A program made the position numbers and the translations under genes. From assembly GCA_010093605.1 (NCBI GenBank), contig MU004199.1:434001-498000 (forward strand): a DNA stretch of 64,000 nucleotides, read 5' to 3'. The notes beneath the pieces were generated by a model, which saw only the letters and a program-made list of their open reading frames with translations, was not told the origin of the DNA and did no database searches. Each line of letters opens with the position of its first letter. The first letter of the stretch is position 1. Below, one piece after another: positions 24,543 through 37,320 of the stretch. The stretch comes from Lophium mytilinum (lineage: Eukaryota).

Positions 24543-27446
24543 TCATATCTTCTCCGTTTCGGTATGCCCATTCGCATCCACAGCTTTCGGGATTAAGTGG
24601 TGGAACTCTGGGATGATGATGGACGGCGGCCTCATTGAAGTCTTTTCTTCAACCGTCTTCTCTGAGCCTTTCTCTTTCTCTCCGCTTTTCATCTTCCGGA
24701 TATCCTTCTCTTCAGGTCCAGTCGCGTCATCAACTTTCAATCCAACAAAACCCCTCTCCGGCTCTTCCCACAGTATCCCTTCGACACATCGATCCCTCTC
24801 CCCAGCTCTTTTGACGTCCAGGCTCGCTCTTATCCTCGCCGATTCACCCAAAAATCCGTCGATGTCCGCCATTGGCTCGTTGAAACCGGAGTCCTGATGG
24901 GGTGGCGGACTGAAGGGCGTCCGAATACTAAACCCAGTTCCAGTCCTGCTCATGTCACCAAACACAGATTCCTTCCCGACCTCATCCTCCAGCTCTGCAA
25001 GCGTGCTATCCTCCTTCCGACTGAGTAGATGAACACGATCGCTGAAAGTGGGGTTGCGAAGAGGCATATCCATTGGAGGGGGCGGCGCAGAGGGTCGGTG
25101 GAGTTCGTCAGCAGTCGCAGAGGCAACTGCGGCACCAAGTTGAAGCTGGGTATCTCCGCTCTTGAGTGACGATTCGAGAGAGTTGTCAAGCTCGCCGGGT
25201 GGGGTGGAAATGCAGATGGCGGAGGATTCTTCTCTCACAAAGTCGTGAGATTCCATACCTAGGTTGTGTCGTTGGACGAGGCGCGTGTTGCCGTCGACGT
25301 AGACTTGTTCCCAGCGCGGCTCTCTGCTCTCGGGGAGACTTGCGGGTTCGTTTTCGAGTTCACTATCGTCTAGACTCATGACAGAGCGAGGGGCGGCATA
25401 TGGCGAGTTGTCGTATTGGCGGTGGCGGCTGTTTGATCGAATGGCTGGGGGGCGCCCGCGAGGGTTTGGGATAATGTAAGAGCCCGAGGAGCCGAACTGG
25501 TATTCGGTAGAGGGAGCACCGTCGGCAAAGGTTATGCCTCCAGCAGAGAACGACGAACGAGAGCGATTCGAACGTTCCCGGAGGGTAGAGAGATCCTCGA
25601 GGTTAACAGCCGTCGCTGGATCGATGTATTCCTTATCCGAACGATGGGTTGACATACTGTGGCGAGAGTTGATCAGGGGCTTGGGAGGCTCAGGGATGAC
25701 TTCGGGGAATTTTCTGAGAAGGGCCCTAGCAGTGAGTCTGTCGCGGGGATTCTCGCTGAGGCATGCGATCACGAGCTCGCGATAATATTGCGGGATGTTG
25801 TTCGGACGGGCGAAAGTCCGGATAAGCGGACGTTCTTGGCGTTCCGGTTCGTCTTGTTGTTCTGCAAGGGCCCAGAGAACCATGCCCATTTGGAAGAGGT
25901 CGGATTTGACGCCGATGTAGATGGAGATCCTTTGGCCGCTTTCGATCAGTTTGGCGAGTTCAGGAGGTTCCCATCCCACAGGACAGCCTCGACGGTTGAT
26001 ATCGATAATCTTGGCGTCGTCGTTGTCGTTGATGACGATGTTCGAAAGGGTAAAGTCGCCCTGGACGAAGCCAGCCTCGTGGATCTCTGACAGACCCTCA
26101 ACGATCTGCTTGGCCCATCTTTCCCTTCGTTCCCAGGGGAGCTTGTCGGTATTCTTCCAGTCGTATAGCAGGTCCACGAGAGCACCTTGGTCAGCATAGC
26201 TGATGAGAAGCCCTTTGATGAGTTCATCTTTGTCGTCGACGATGACTCCTTCAAACTTGATGACACTTTTGGAGTCACGGAGATTGCAAAGCGCATTGAT
26301 CTCGTAGAGAAACTCCTCCACAGCATCTGGTCCTGGAATTTCTTTTTTGATGTAGTGCTTGCCATCCACGGTAACTTTGTACACGAAGCCTGAGATGTGC
26401 GATTCGAAATTGACAGCGTTCTCTCGATATCGGTGGCAGGATAGATGGTCGACGGCGGGCGTTGCTGGATATGGAATGATTTCGTTGACGTCCTCGGTAA
26501 CGTGGACGTGGAGTCTGCCATCAGCCGTCTCAAGCTTCAGATTAGTGACTGTGTCGTAAAATTGTATGTCTGGAAGAGAGTCGCGGATAGACTCATAAAT
26601 CCTTGCACTCTTGTCTCTCTGGTAATGCAAACTCTTCAGATCCGCTTCGAGTGAGTCAGGCTGCACGTCCCGATAGTCGCAGGAAACAGTCACTCTCCTC
26701 CACTTGTTCGACTCCTCGGCGTAGGTGATGAAAAACTTTTCCCGGTCAGACAGATCCCGGAAATGCATGCTGAGGTTGAGAATCCATTTCGCCTCGAGTT
26801 CTTGCTGCAGAAGATTCTCGTCGATGCCCTCGGACTCTACATCGTGCTCGGCAAATTCTCCGTTAGTCGACAGTGGGGGTGGTGGTCCAATAGGCGCCGG
26901 CTCCTCTGCGTTCTGATCGAACCCAAAGTCGACTTGTCGGGATCCAGAAGGGATGTTGGAGTCCTCTCCTCCTCCAATGGGTCTCCCTGGGGCCTCCTGA
27001 AACGGACTTTGAATCTCAGGCATCGAACGCGATGGAATTGACACAGCCGGCGGGGTCAGTGTCTTCGGCTCACTGCCCCTCATGTCCATAGACGTTGCCC
27101 TTCGCTCCTCACTGCCCGTGTCTACCGGCAAAAGCCTGTCCCTCTTCTCAGAGTTCATCCTCTTGAACGTCAACGGCCTCGGGAGGCCCGGCACGACTCT
27201 CCTGCTAGCCCTCCTCCCCAGCAGTCCTGGGCGCCCATTCTCCTTGTTATCCTCCGAGACGCGTCCCGACTTCTCGTCCCAGCCACCAGGCGGCGGCTCC
27301 TCGTCCTCCCTCTTGAGCCAATTCCCAAATTTCTGCAAACTGAGCCTGCTCCACATGTTCCTGCGGTCGGGGCTGCGCTGCTCTGCGGGCCTCTCGGATT
27401 CGCGCTCGTCGGGCGGGAAGAAGAACTGCGGCATAGTCATAGCCAT
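24543..27446 (-). CDS. Fungal protein kinase with atypical catalytic motifs
   Basis: Intronless ORF of ~967 aa from the first in-frame ATG. Kinase subdomains: SGFVYKV, YIKKE, FLYEI, HEAGFVQGDFTLSNIV, IIDIN, GWEPPE, KSDLFQMG, PRDR. Confidence 0.9.
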   Translation of the reverse strand: MAMTMPQFFFPPDERESERPAEQRSPDRRNMWSRLSLQKFGNWLKREDEEPPPGGWDEKSGRVSEDNKENGRPGLLGRRASRRVVPGLPRPLTFKRMNSEKRDRLLPVDTGSEERRATSMDMRGSEPKTLTPPAVSIPSRSMPEIQSPFQEAPGRPIGGGEDSNIPSGSRQVDFGFDQNAEEPAPIGPPPPLSTNGEFAEHDVESEGIDENLLQQELEAKWILNLSMHFRDLSDREKFFITYAEESNKWRRVTVSCDYRDVQPDSLEADLKSLHYQRDKSARIYESIRDSLPDIQFYDTVTNLKLETADGRLHVHVTEDVNEIIPYPATPAVDHLSCHRYRENAVNFESHISGFVYKVTVDGKHYIKKEIPGPDAVEEFLYEINALCNLRDSKSVIKFEGVIVDDKDELIKGLLISYADQGALVDLLYDWKNTDKLPWERRERWAKQIVEGLSEIHEAGFVQGDFTLSNIVINDNDDAKIIDINRRGCPVGWEPPELAKLIESGQRISIYIGVKSDLFQMGMVLWALAEQQDEPERQERPLIRTFARPNNIPQYYRELVIACLSENPRDRLTARALLRKFPEVIPEPPKPLINSRHSMSTHRSDKEYIDPATAVNLEDLSTLRERSNRSRSSFSAGGITFADGAPSTEYQFGSSGSYIIPNPRGRPPAIRSNSRHRQYDNSPYAAPRSVMSLDDSELENEPASLPESREPRWEQVYVDGNTRLVQRHNLGMESHDFVREESSAICISTPPGELDNSLESSLKSGDTQLQLGAAVASATADELHRPSAPPPPMDMPLRNPTFSDRVHLLSRKEDSTLAELEDEVGKESVFGDMSRTGTGFSIRTPFSPPPHQDSGFNEPMADIDGFLGESARIRASLDVKRAGERDRCVEGILWEEPERGFVGLKVDDATGPEEKDIRKMKSGEKEKGSEKTVEEKTSMRPPSIIIPEFHHLIPKAVDANGHTETEKI

Positions 27447-30431
27447 GCAGGGGCTCGCGAGAGGAGGCAGCAGCAGCGGTCCTCGCAGCAGCAGTCCGGG
27501 CAACACGCCGAGGACTCTGGGAGCCCGATGCTTCCCCTCACCTGCCGCGGCGATGGAGGTGGTAATGGTGACAGCAGCGGTGGTGCTGGAAGTGGTGTTG
27601 TGATGGGCACGGTATGGGTGCGGAGTTCATGCCGTGGCGGGGACTGGTGTAACGTGGGCTGCGAAAGTCCATCTAGTTCATGCTTTCGTATCCGGATGCG
27701 AGTGTATGCGTGCGAGGGGCGGCCCAGCGGGGCTCTGCGTGTCTGTCGCGCGTCGAGGAGGCTGGAGTGAAGACAGTGGCCCAGGAGGAGTGGAAAATGG
27801 CAGCGGAGGCGCGGTGCTGAGTGAGGATCAGGGCCGGGGACGTGGTCTCTCAAGTCCGTCAGGATTGGGATTATTGAGGCTGGCTCGCTCCGGCTGAGAA
27901 TGGATGGAGCGCTGACTGGCACCTGCCTGCCAAGAACCTTGCTAGGACTGCGAGGTTGGGAGAAGGCTGCCGCGTGTGCTGGGAGGGATCACTTTGCAAT
28001 AACAGCGACAATAAGACGACCACGGCGTTTGCGAGGGCTCAGTGCGACAGAATGGTGTTTGGGAAGAAGACAGCAGCAGCAGTAGGCAGCTCCTGAAAAT
28101 ACTCGGTGTGCGTGCAGACTGTTTTGCTTTGCTGCACTCACCGCCACCAGCCCCCAACCCCCTCGACAACAGCCAACAGCGAACTCACCCAGCAGCAAAT
28201 CCTCCCTACGGCAAATGCACCTAGTGCAGCCCCTCTTCTCTACCCGTTCGCGCTCCCAATTCACTCTCGTCTCTCCCATTGCTCCTCGGGCCTCTCCATC
28301 CCGATCTGACCCCCCTCCAGCACGCTTCAACACCTCGTCGCACGCTTCAAACCGGGCGAGGTGCATCCACTAGCCCACGCAGCGCACAGTCACGCATGGC
28401 GCGCGAGTCTCTCATCGAGGCCCTCAGCCGGGATGCGCTGCGAGCGCGCACAGTATCACTGTAATGCTTTGGGTGTCTCGCCCGTCCACGCCCAATGGCA
28501 GCAGCAGCAGGCGCGTCAGTACGCTTCACTTTCTGCGCGAACACCCTCAGCCCTGCCTGCGACACGCTGCTGCGCTGGCCTCGAAGCGGCTGCTGGCCTG
28601 CGTGCTGCGTCATGGGCAATGGACACGTCAATGTGGCTGGGGGGTGTTGCGACGAACCTGGAGGCCTTGTATGGAGCCGCCCGTCCAACAACCGTGCTGC
28701 TTTCATGCTAAAAGTACCCTTTGCACCCTTCTGCCTTGCTCGGGCGGCTGCAGCCAGCGCTCGGGGATGCCATTGTTCGCTGCAGGGTGCGGACGGTGGT
28801 TTTGCGAGTAGACCCGCAATGTCAAATGGGAATCGCTGCCGCCCGCAATAGAATATTTTTTCTCAGCGTTGGGCGCCAAGGGGGGGTTGGAAGTCTGACC
28901 GCGACCTCCCTCACCCAAAGCCTAATGGGCCGCAGCGTGTCGCTGCTACATTAGTACCGCCTGACACTTTAAACAATACTCCGAGACAAGCAGCGTCTAG
29001 ATCTGCTGTCCTTGGAAATACAGAAATTCGCAATCCCGTTGCAAGTTGTCTGTATCTCATGCCACCACACCCACCCAACCCCTCTTCCTCCGAGAGAGCG
29101 AGCGAGCCCCTCATGCTCTGCAAGGAGGGGTCGCAAACCACCACCACGGCACACGCAGTCTGCACGCTCGCAAATCGTGCATATGCATATCGCGCGACAG
29201 CGACAAATAAAAACCTAAAAACTAACAGCCGCCAATAATCGCGAGTTGCCCGCCGACCCCACTTGCTCTCGAAGAAAAAGTCTATATTCGGCGCGGTGGG
29301 CGGGTGGGTAGGTTGGTCTAGTATCAGTTCGATGCACGTGGGTTTGATTGTTTGGGCCACGATACCCTCGAGTACCGGCATCCACAATTGATAGCAAGCT
29401 CCAGGCCAGTCCCTAGCGGTCCGGCCCGTAAGGGTATGTAGCTATGTACGCACGCGGCCTCTAGGCTGTTGGGAGAGAGGGAACGGCGACACCTGTACAC
29501 GATCGACGGCCACGACAGGATCATGCCGGCTGCGTCCCGGCGGTTTTCTGGACTCCGAACCGGCCCGGGCCTGGATTTGGGGGGTTTTGTGGAAGGTTGT
29601 TGAGGTTGTAGCAGTTAGAGAACCTGGTAGGTGTTTAGATCGGTTAACGGTTTGTGATTTGAAGAGATTGGTGTGAGTAGAGAGGATTTCTTTGCTAAAC
29701 CTCAGTTAACTATTGAATTGGACCAATGGGAAGACTCTTGAAGGTTGCTTGGTATCTTATCCCGTATGTCGTTAGCCCGTGTCGTTAGCCCGTGTCGTAT
29801 TTACATCACGTAAGCTACTAAGGCGCTACTTGTAATCGGACTCGCTTGCTTCATCACCACGCGTCTACAGATACCCCACTGATCGAATCAAGTAATGCTT
29901 TAAAGATGTTTCCACCACTATATTATCAGAAAGAAATGCGCGGCTCCCTTTCCTTTCCTTTCCCACGCGCTGGCTCCGGGATCACGTGCTGTAGGTAACC
30001 ACCACTCCAGGAGCTGCCATGATCGAAGTCTCCAAATGCACGTCCTAGCGTTGTCTCTGGAAAAAAGAAATACAAAACACAGTACGATTGTCATATCGCG
30101 CATTTTAGAATGCCCAGAGCCAATCTCACACGTTTAGGAGCCAATGTCATGGAGGCTAGGCCTGGAAGTAATCCTATCCCAGACTCAAGCTGCCTCGAAA
30201 GCAGAGAAGCAGGAGGAGCACATCTACGCATGCTTTGACACAGCCCAGCCTGTACTGCAGCCGCTGGTATCAGCTCCAGGTGGGTGAGGTTCCTCTTCTT
30301 GCCAATGGGACACGCTAGTAAGAGACATCAAGGTGCAGTTCTTTCCGTTAGTAAGGATTCATGCAAGCAGAGTCCGCAAAAAGTGGCGATCTAGCATGAC
30401 CTGTATTGAGAGACGCTCGGCTACATTACAG

Positions 30432-32212
30432 CTATCTCTCCTTGTACTGCCGCAGAGCATAGTACTGATACCTCCCAGCAAACTGTCCCCGAAACGCCTT
30501 ACCCCACCTGATGAAAACGCCGAAAAGCGATAAAATAGCACACGCGATCAACAAAATAGTAACAAAGACCCATTTCAGCCCCACTCTCGCTTCCCAGGGC
30601 GTGAGAGCAAAGATAAACGCCGTACTAAAGCTGTTCCGCACCACCGTGACGCCGACCAGCGCATCGCCAATGATCTGTCATGCTGTCAGCACAAGCTCAC
30701 ACCATAGCTCAATCTGAGCTATGCAGGGCTGGGTAAGGTAATACGTACGTCTCTGTATGAATCTGTCAGATACGTGATAATAACGCTATTAATCGGCGTA
30801 ACACCAATATTGTATAGCGCAAGCCCAACCGCGATAACCGGCCACGGCAAATGGTTATTGAGTCCGATGCTGAAAAGCAGCGCGCCCGCGGGGACAAAAA
30901 GTAGGAACGGAACGATACACCACAACCTGCTTTCTGGGTCGTAGATGCCCTTGTTCCGGCGGGAGAAGTAGATGACCGCCCAATCGCTCAAGGGGCCGAT
31001 GATGGCCGCGCCGATGGTGACGCCGATGACTCTGGGCAGGCTCATGAGGCCGACTTGGTCGGAGGCGAAGTTGTAGGGGGGCTGGACGAGGTATGTCGAC
31101 ATGGTGGTGGACATGACGTCGCCGAGGCCGACTAGGATGCCGTAGACTAGCGCGGCGTAGGCGACGGCGGGGATTGTGGTGAGGATGATTAGGGGCTGGT
31201 ACATGTGGGAGAGGAAAGCGTTGTTTTCGATGCCGGCGGATGGGGTGGTGGTGGTGAAGATGGAGAGTTTTTGTCGGTATGTTTTCAGAGGGATGCTGTG
31301 GTTGATGATCACAGTGTCGATGTTGGGTAATGCGCCATTCTCGACTGCTTCGATTGACTTTGGCGGATCGATGTCTTGGCTCGAGCCAGTTCGTGTCTGC
31401 AGATCCGGTTTCTTTCGTCCAAATTCTGCTTCCTCGTGTTTAAGGGCGGATGAGGGAGGGCTTTTCTCGGTTTCCGATACCATCCCGAAGATGGGCGGAG
31501 CATACTTGGTCTCCTCGTAGCCGAACACAACGATGAGAAGAGCGATGCCGAAGAAAATGGCGTTCCACCACCAGATCCATCGCCAGCCCTGCCCTTTGGC
31601 GACAAAGCCCGCAATGAGGGATCCGAGATAGCTTGAGAGGAGCCACACCCAGACGTAGATTGCGTTCGCCCTTCCCCGCTGGTGCACAAAGAAGATGTCA
31701 GCAATCGTCATTTGGACAATGACTTCTGCCAGACTTCCAAACAGACATTGCAAGATATTGATGAGCATAAGGTCTGCAACGGTCTCCATCTTCGCGGACC
31801 AGATGCTGAGGCCGAATTGAAGCGCCGTGCTGAAAATATAGAGCGGCCGACGACCAAACTTGAGAGCGAATGGAATGAGGATGACGGAGCCGAGTGCCAG
31901 GCAAGCGCAGCCCACAGCGTAGCTATCGTTGAGGATTTCGAAACTGTAGCCCAGTTCCTTGTTCATTGGGCCCCATGTAGGGGTTGAGGCATTGATGAAC
32001 TCGGCGACCATGGCGACGTAGAGACAGACAAGCCCGAAGTTGATGTATTTTCGAGTCGTCGACCAGTTGAAGGGGTCGTTGGGGTCTTCTGATGGTCGTG
32101 GCTCTAGGATGATGTCTTTGCCAGCTGAAGAGGTCATGTCTTCGAGGCGAACGGTTCCTGGAGGCCACAGGTGGGCGCTTTCTCCTGTGGATGTTGGAGC
32201 GGAAGCAGCCAT
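30432..32212 (-). CDS. Major facilitator superfamily transporter
   Basis: Motifs PSEDPNDPFNWS, KFGRRPLY, DIFFVHQRG, GWRWIWW and PESRL, with multiple hydrophobic helices. An intron at 30675-30748 joins the last exon, which ends at 30432. Confidence 0.93.
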
Positions 32213-32317
32213 GGTCGTTTCAAGCGAATTAACGGTGTTGGTGGTTGTGGATTGCCAAATTCAGAGGGATAGACTGCATTTAAATATCAGGTCTTGCTAG
32301 AAGTAGTATGTAACCCA

Positions 32318-32548
32318 TCGCGGAAGAATGCGAAAGTATTTACGGTTCCTAGGTTGGAGAAACAAGCGTTCTTGCTGTTCGGCGGCATCCGATAGATTGT
32401 CGGAAGAATACGACGAGTATTTGTAGTTGCGAGGTTATAGAGTTAAGCGGTCTTTCTGCTCGGCGGCATCCCATATTCGGCGCTTTACACCACCCCTGCG
32501 TAGTAGATGCTCGGAAGAATACGAGCGTCCAATCGGAGGATGCCGATC
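32318..32548. promoter_or_regulatory. Cluster of CGG-N6-CCG-like Zn2Cys6 (Ppr1/UaY-type) sites in the divergent MFS/oxidoreductase promoter
   Basis: Perfect TCGG-N6-CCGA at 32379 and 32533. Near-matches at 32320 (gcggaagaatgcga), 32400 and 32511 (tcggaagaatacga) and 32460 (tcggcggcatccca). Confidence 0.7.
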
Positions 32549-32825
32549 CCATTCCCGACAGCCGTCTCTATTGCAAAGCAGACCACCAGCCGACCCTCAA
32601 TCATAGTGATCGCCACAGAATGGAGCTTTCGAGCCCTGTGCAGGTTAGCTCTCTGAAATATGGCTCATGTCGTTTTACCGAACACGTCTGACGCTGTAGG
32701 ACCCGCAAAGTAAGGCTGATGCTCGATATATAACCATGCTTTCGACGAATACATCTGCTATTCTGTACACCTGTGCTCCACCAAACTTCTTTTACGACAA
32801 ACGATCTGTGACCTGTTGAAGCACA

Positions 32826-34559
32826 ATGTCGAACCCTACGAATCCAACACCGCCAGCCACCGTCAAGAACTCGCAACCGGAGTCGACGACTACTCCGCCG
32901 GAGCGTTTTGGGTTTCCCAAGCAGGGCAGCCGCTCGCTCTCATACTGGCTTCAAAGCGTGCAAGGCGACCCTCTCCTGAACCATCGAACGACACCCGAGT
33001 TACCCAAGTCGGCAGATATTGTTGTTATCGGCTCTGGTGTAAGTGCCCATACGAGGAGCGACAATCGAATGACTAACAGCGTCTTGTGCAGCTTTCAGGA
33101 ACATTGATAACCAAGCACTGCCTTGCAACTTGGCCAGACAAGACAGTGGTGGTACTTGAGGCCCGCGAATTCTGCTCCGGTGCTACCGGTCGCAACGCCG
33201 GCCATTGCAAGCCTGATCAATGGCGCGGGTTTGCGCGGTATGAAGAAGCTTTCGGCACACAGCATGCCCTAAAGGTGTGTCTAGGAGTCGTTGTAGCCTG
33301 GTCTGTCTAAATTGCTTTCAAGATTCTCCAAAACGAGCAGCAGACATGGTCTGATTTAGTGCAATATATCCGCGAAAACAAGGTTGCCTGCGATCTCTGG
33401 GTAGGCGATACGCTTGACGTCCCGGTGTCGCAAGAGGCAGCAAATTTCTCTAGGCATTCTTTTGAGCGGTACGAGGCAGCTGGCGGCAGAGTCGACCATA
33501 TCCAAGTTACACACGATCCGGCTGAAGCAGCAAGAGTAAGAAACTTCACCGAGTTGTTCGTGCTCCGGCTGACTGGTGCGCAGAGATCTCGCATCAAAGA
33601 CGCCCAAGCATGCTATTCCTGGCCTGCATCGACTCTGCACCCTTGGAAACTTGCCGCGCACGTTATGCGTGACAACGTGAGTAAGGGCGCCAACCTCCAA
33701 ACACATACGCCAGCTCTGTGTGTGAAAGAGTCTCCGGACACTCCGGGCAAATGGATCGTTGAATGTGAACGCGGCATAATCGAGTGCTCAAAGGTTATCC
33801 ATGCTACGAATGCATATAGTGCCGCACTCGAACCCTCTTTGCGTGGAGTCATTCGGCCTTGTCCTCACATGTGCAACCGCGTAGAGCCTCCATCGACCTT
33901 TTCAGCGCAGCGGGGCCTCCAGAACTCATACGGGGTTCTTTTGTCAAATGAAGCGCTTTTCAGTATCAACCCTCGGTGTACTGCTGATGGGGTCGTCTTG
34001 TTCGGCGGCAGCAACCCGGGGCAGAAGCAGTTCGAGGAGTGGATAGAGAGGCATCCGGACAGATGTGTAGACGACAGCCTGGTAGACTTTGGATGCATAA
34101 CGGATGCCGTCCAGACGTTTGCAGAGTCTCAACTTGTAGGCTGGAGAGATGCTTCAACAGATCCAGAAGTGTTGTATGGCAAGAGCTGGAGCGGCATTAT
34201 TGGAATGGCAAGTCAATCATTTGGTCCATGTTGTTTATATGCTAAGAATGAGCTAACAAGATGTAGAGTGCGGATGGTGTGCCGTTTGTAGGACAATTAC
34301 CTGGACTTCCAGGACAGTGGATCTGTGCCGGGCACCAAGGACAGTGAGTTTCGATCTGTCTTTGGCTTTCTTCTAGCGTGGCTGACGAATGCGTAGCGGG
34401 ATGGCGCGTATCTTTACCGCTGCCCCGGGATTGGTCAAGCTGATGAATGGAGGGTCTTGGGCCAGCACACAGTTGCCTGACGTCTACGAAATCACCGCGT
34501 CACGGATGAAAGGACTGAGACAGCGCCTTGCTAAGGATATGGCAGTTCCACGCCTCTGA
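32826..34559 (+). CDS. FAD-dependent oxidoreductase (DAO/glycine oxidase-like family)
   Basis: Motifs DIVVIGSG, VVLEAREFCSGATGRNAGH, VIHATNAY, WSGIIGM|SADGVPFVG and AGHQG|GMA. Multiple short introns, including a GC-AG intron at 34208-34266. The protein ends -PRL. Confidence 0.92.
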
Positions 34560-35022
34560 AACGCCAACTTGACGAGGTCGAAGCGACGTATAGAAGATGG
34601 CGAAGAAATTACCTCGTTAAAATTTGGCACGTGACATGTGTAAGACGTGAATGATAGTGATAGATTACATAGTGAGCTATCTATGGGCAATGCTATAGCT
34701 ATATAGAAGCGCCACACGGGACTGGGACCTAGCCTACCAGCCACGCTATTCCTTGCACCTTGTACTGAATCTTGAAGGCGCTCACGTGCCTGTATACCCC
34801 ACCCTCGCGGGCTGGAAGTCCGCCTTCGGCGCTCTACATCCGCGAAATGAATCAACCAACCGACTACTTCGTAATCGGAAACTTCCGTAGCAGTTAATAA
34901 GACGACGCGGTAGTATCCAAAGGAGTTTCACATCAACCCATGAACGACTACAACGCAATGCCTCCACACTGCAGGGCACAACTGTAAATGCATCCAAGTA
35001 CGGTATCCAACCCATCTGTATC

Positions 35023-37320
35023 ATGTATGAAAATCCCGAAATCCCCGAAAACCAACCCACCAGACCTGCCAAACGCGTGCGCACGGGAAGCAGAACACTA
35101 GTCGCCTGCATCAATTGCAAGGAGAGGAAGTTGAAGGTGAGCAATATCCCTGACGGCCTACATTCTAAACACGGTGGGATAACTACGACTAATCGTACCC
35201 AAAGTGCGATAATAAGCCACTAGGGTGTGACAATTGTCTCCGGCTCAGCTCCAGTCAGTGCATTCCTGGTTTTCCCTAATAGGCTAGTCAATTGAACTTT
35301 GCTAACCATCAAAGTGTGTCTCGTGGAGGATCCAGTGACAAAGAGACACCAACCGCGAAATTACCTAGAAACTTTGGAACAACGCGTGGCTTTTCTCGAA
35401 GATATTCTGAAATGCCATCATCCAGACTTGGCCGACGACCATCTCTTCTCGGGCGATCTCCATCAGACACATGTTCGATCTAGCCCCGCTTCGTACGACG
35501 GCCAGTGGGATATAGCGGAAGCCAGCAATGAGCGTAATGGACTCGATGACTTGGCCTCCAATGTTGGCCTACTGAGCCTCAACGCGGCTGGGGCAGAGCC
35601 TCATTACCTAGGTTCATCGTCGACTTTTGCGTTTTCGCGACTAATCAATCTGTCTCTCCGCCAAGTAGTACTCAAGGCGCCCAAAACATGTGGGTCATCT
35701 GGCCCAAGCAAGTACGAGCCCTCAATGCTGCCATCACCATGTGCATTACCAGATCACGACATAGGTATCAGGCTTAGCAACGCCTATTTCCAAAACATCC
35801 ATTTCCAGTACCCCTTCTTGCACGAGCCGACATTTCGCGAATGGGAAGCAGCAGTGGCAAAGAGGCCTAGTCCATTTGATGATCTTACCCCTGATCCAGT
35901 CGCTTTGTTTTTTGTGAATATGGTACGCTTTGGTATTGTCGGCATCGCACGACATGGCTAATACCTATAGGTCTATGCTGTTGGAGCTCTCCTTTTGCCC
36001 AATTTAGGATGTTCAGCAGAGGCAAGTCAACAGTAATGTCCACGTTAATGAGCTAACTGCCGTTCAGAAGTTATACATTTCAGCGCACGTCTACCTTGAT
36101 CACGTTCTATTCTATGAGAACCTGGAATCTATACAGGCAATCCTATGCTGTGCAGTGTATTCTGTGCGCTCTTCTATAGGCACATCACACTGGTGGGAGT
36201 GACAACGCTGAGCAAAAACTGAGCACTAACGCATACTAGGAAGTTGGCTGGGTTAGCTCTACGTCAGTGTATTGATCTTGGTTATCATCGCAGCTTGACA
36301 CGTCTTGAGTCAACCACCGATCCTCTTCGACAGGACCTGCGCAAAAGGGTGTTTTGGTGTACGTATTCAATGGAGTGCCAAGCTGCCGTTATGCTGGGGC
36401 GTTCCTTGGGTTTACCTCTTCAAGGGATCGATGCAGAGGTACTGTGATCTGCTCCTCGTTTTGAACCGGATCTAACCTCTGCGGCCGTACAGTATCCTCT
36501 AGATATCGATGACTCGTGCATTACAGCCAGCGGAATATGCGGTACGCCACGAAGCTTGTTCAGCGATCCGCCGACAAATATGACCAAAGCGATCCACACA
36601 TTTCGCATTCGACGCCTTTTAGGCTCCATCCACACATCGCTCTACTCTGATATCACACGCTCGAACCCGGGCCAGGAAGCTCATCGGGCTCAAATCGAGC
36701 GCCTTCGTGCCGAAATAGAGAATTGGCGGGCTTTGATTCCCGCTACACTATCTCATACAGGTCAAATGCTTTCGCTGTTTGCAAGCTCGCACTGGTTTGA
36801 CTTCGAGTACGACTATGCCATCTTACAGCTCTACCGAGCTCAAATCGTTGATGGACGAGGTGGTAGCTCCGACGCTATCTTCATTGATTGCCTGCGAGCC
36901 GCAGAGGACATCTGCCACGGCTACCGCCGCCAATTCTTGGGCAAACCAACAAACTACACATGGGCGGCCGTTCACGAGCTATGCCTTGCTGGTTTGACAT
37001 ACCTCCATTGCCTCTGGACGTCACCTACGGTCCGAGGTGCAAACAGCCAGAGCCAGGTATGCAGTACCTGTACTGACTGCACCATCGTGTTGGTGTTAAT
37101 GGCTGAGCGGTGGGACGCTGCCGCGCCCTTTCGAGACATTTTTGAAGCGCTCGCTGGTCGCACGATGGCTATGATGGATGACAAGGCCCAGGGCAAATGG
37201 ACTGTGTCGAGTGCTTCGACTCTGGGCGATGATACTAGCCAATGGAGAATGTCGATCGCTGATAATGGCATGTCTGAAGGGTTGCATGAGCTGCTGTCTA
37301 GCTTTATGCAGGAGTCTTAG
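35023..37320 (+). CDS. Zn(II)2Cys6 transcription factor, Ppr1/UaY-like, with fungal-specific middle domain
   Basis: ACINCKERKLK|CDNKPLGCDNC...CLVEDPVTKRHQPRNYLETLEQRVAFLE, then YPFLHEP, CIDLGYHR and RKRVFWCTY. Many short introns, one of them GC-AG (36022-36067). Confidence 0.92.

Noticed and set aside
27900..29600. Many overlapping 60-160 aa ORFs
   Set aside because: GC-rich, low-complexity promoter/5' leader of the kinase with no coherent coding signal.
29767..29798. Short tandem duplication of TGTCGTTAGCCCG
   Set aside because: Isolated intergenic slippage duplication with no evident consequence.
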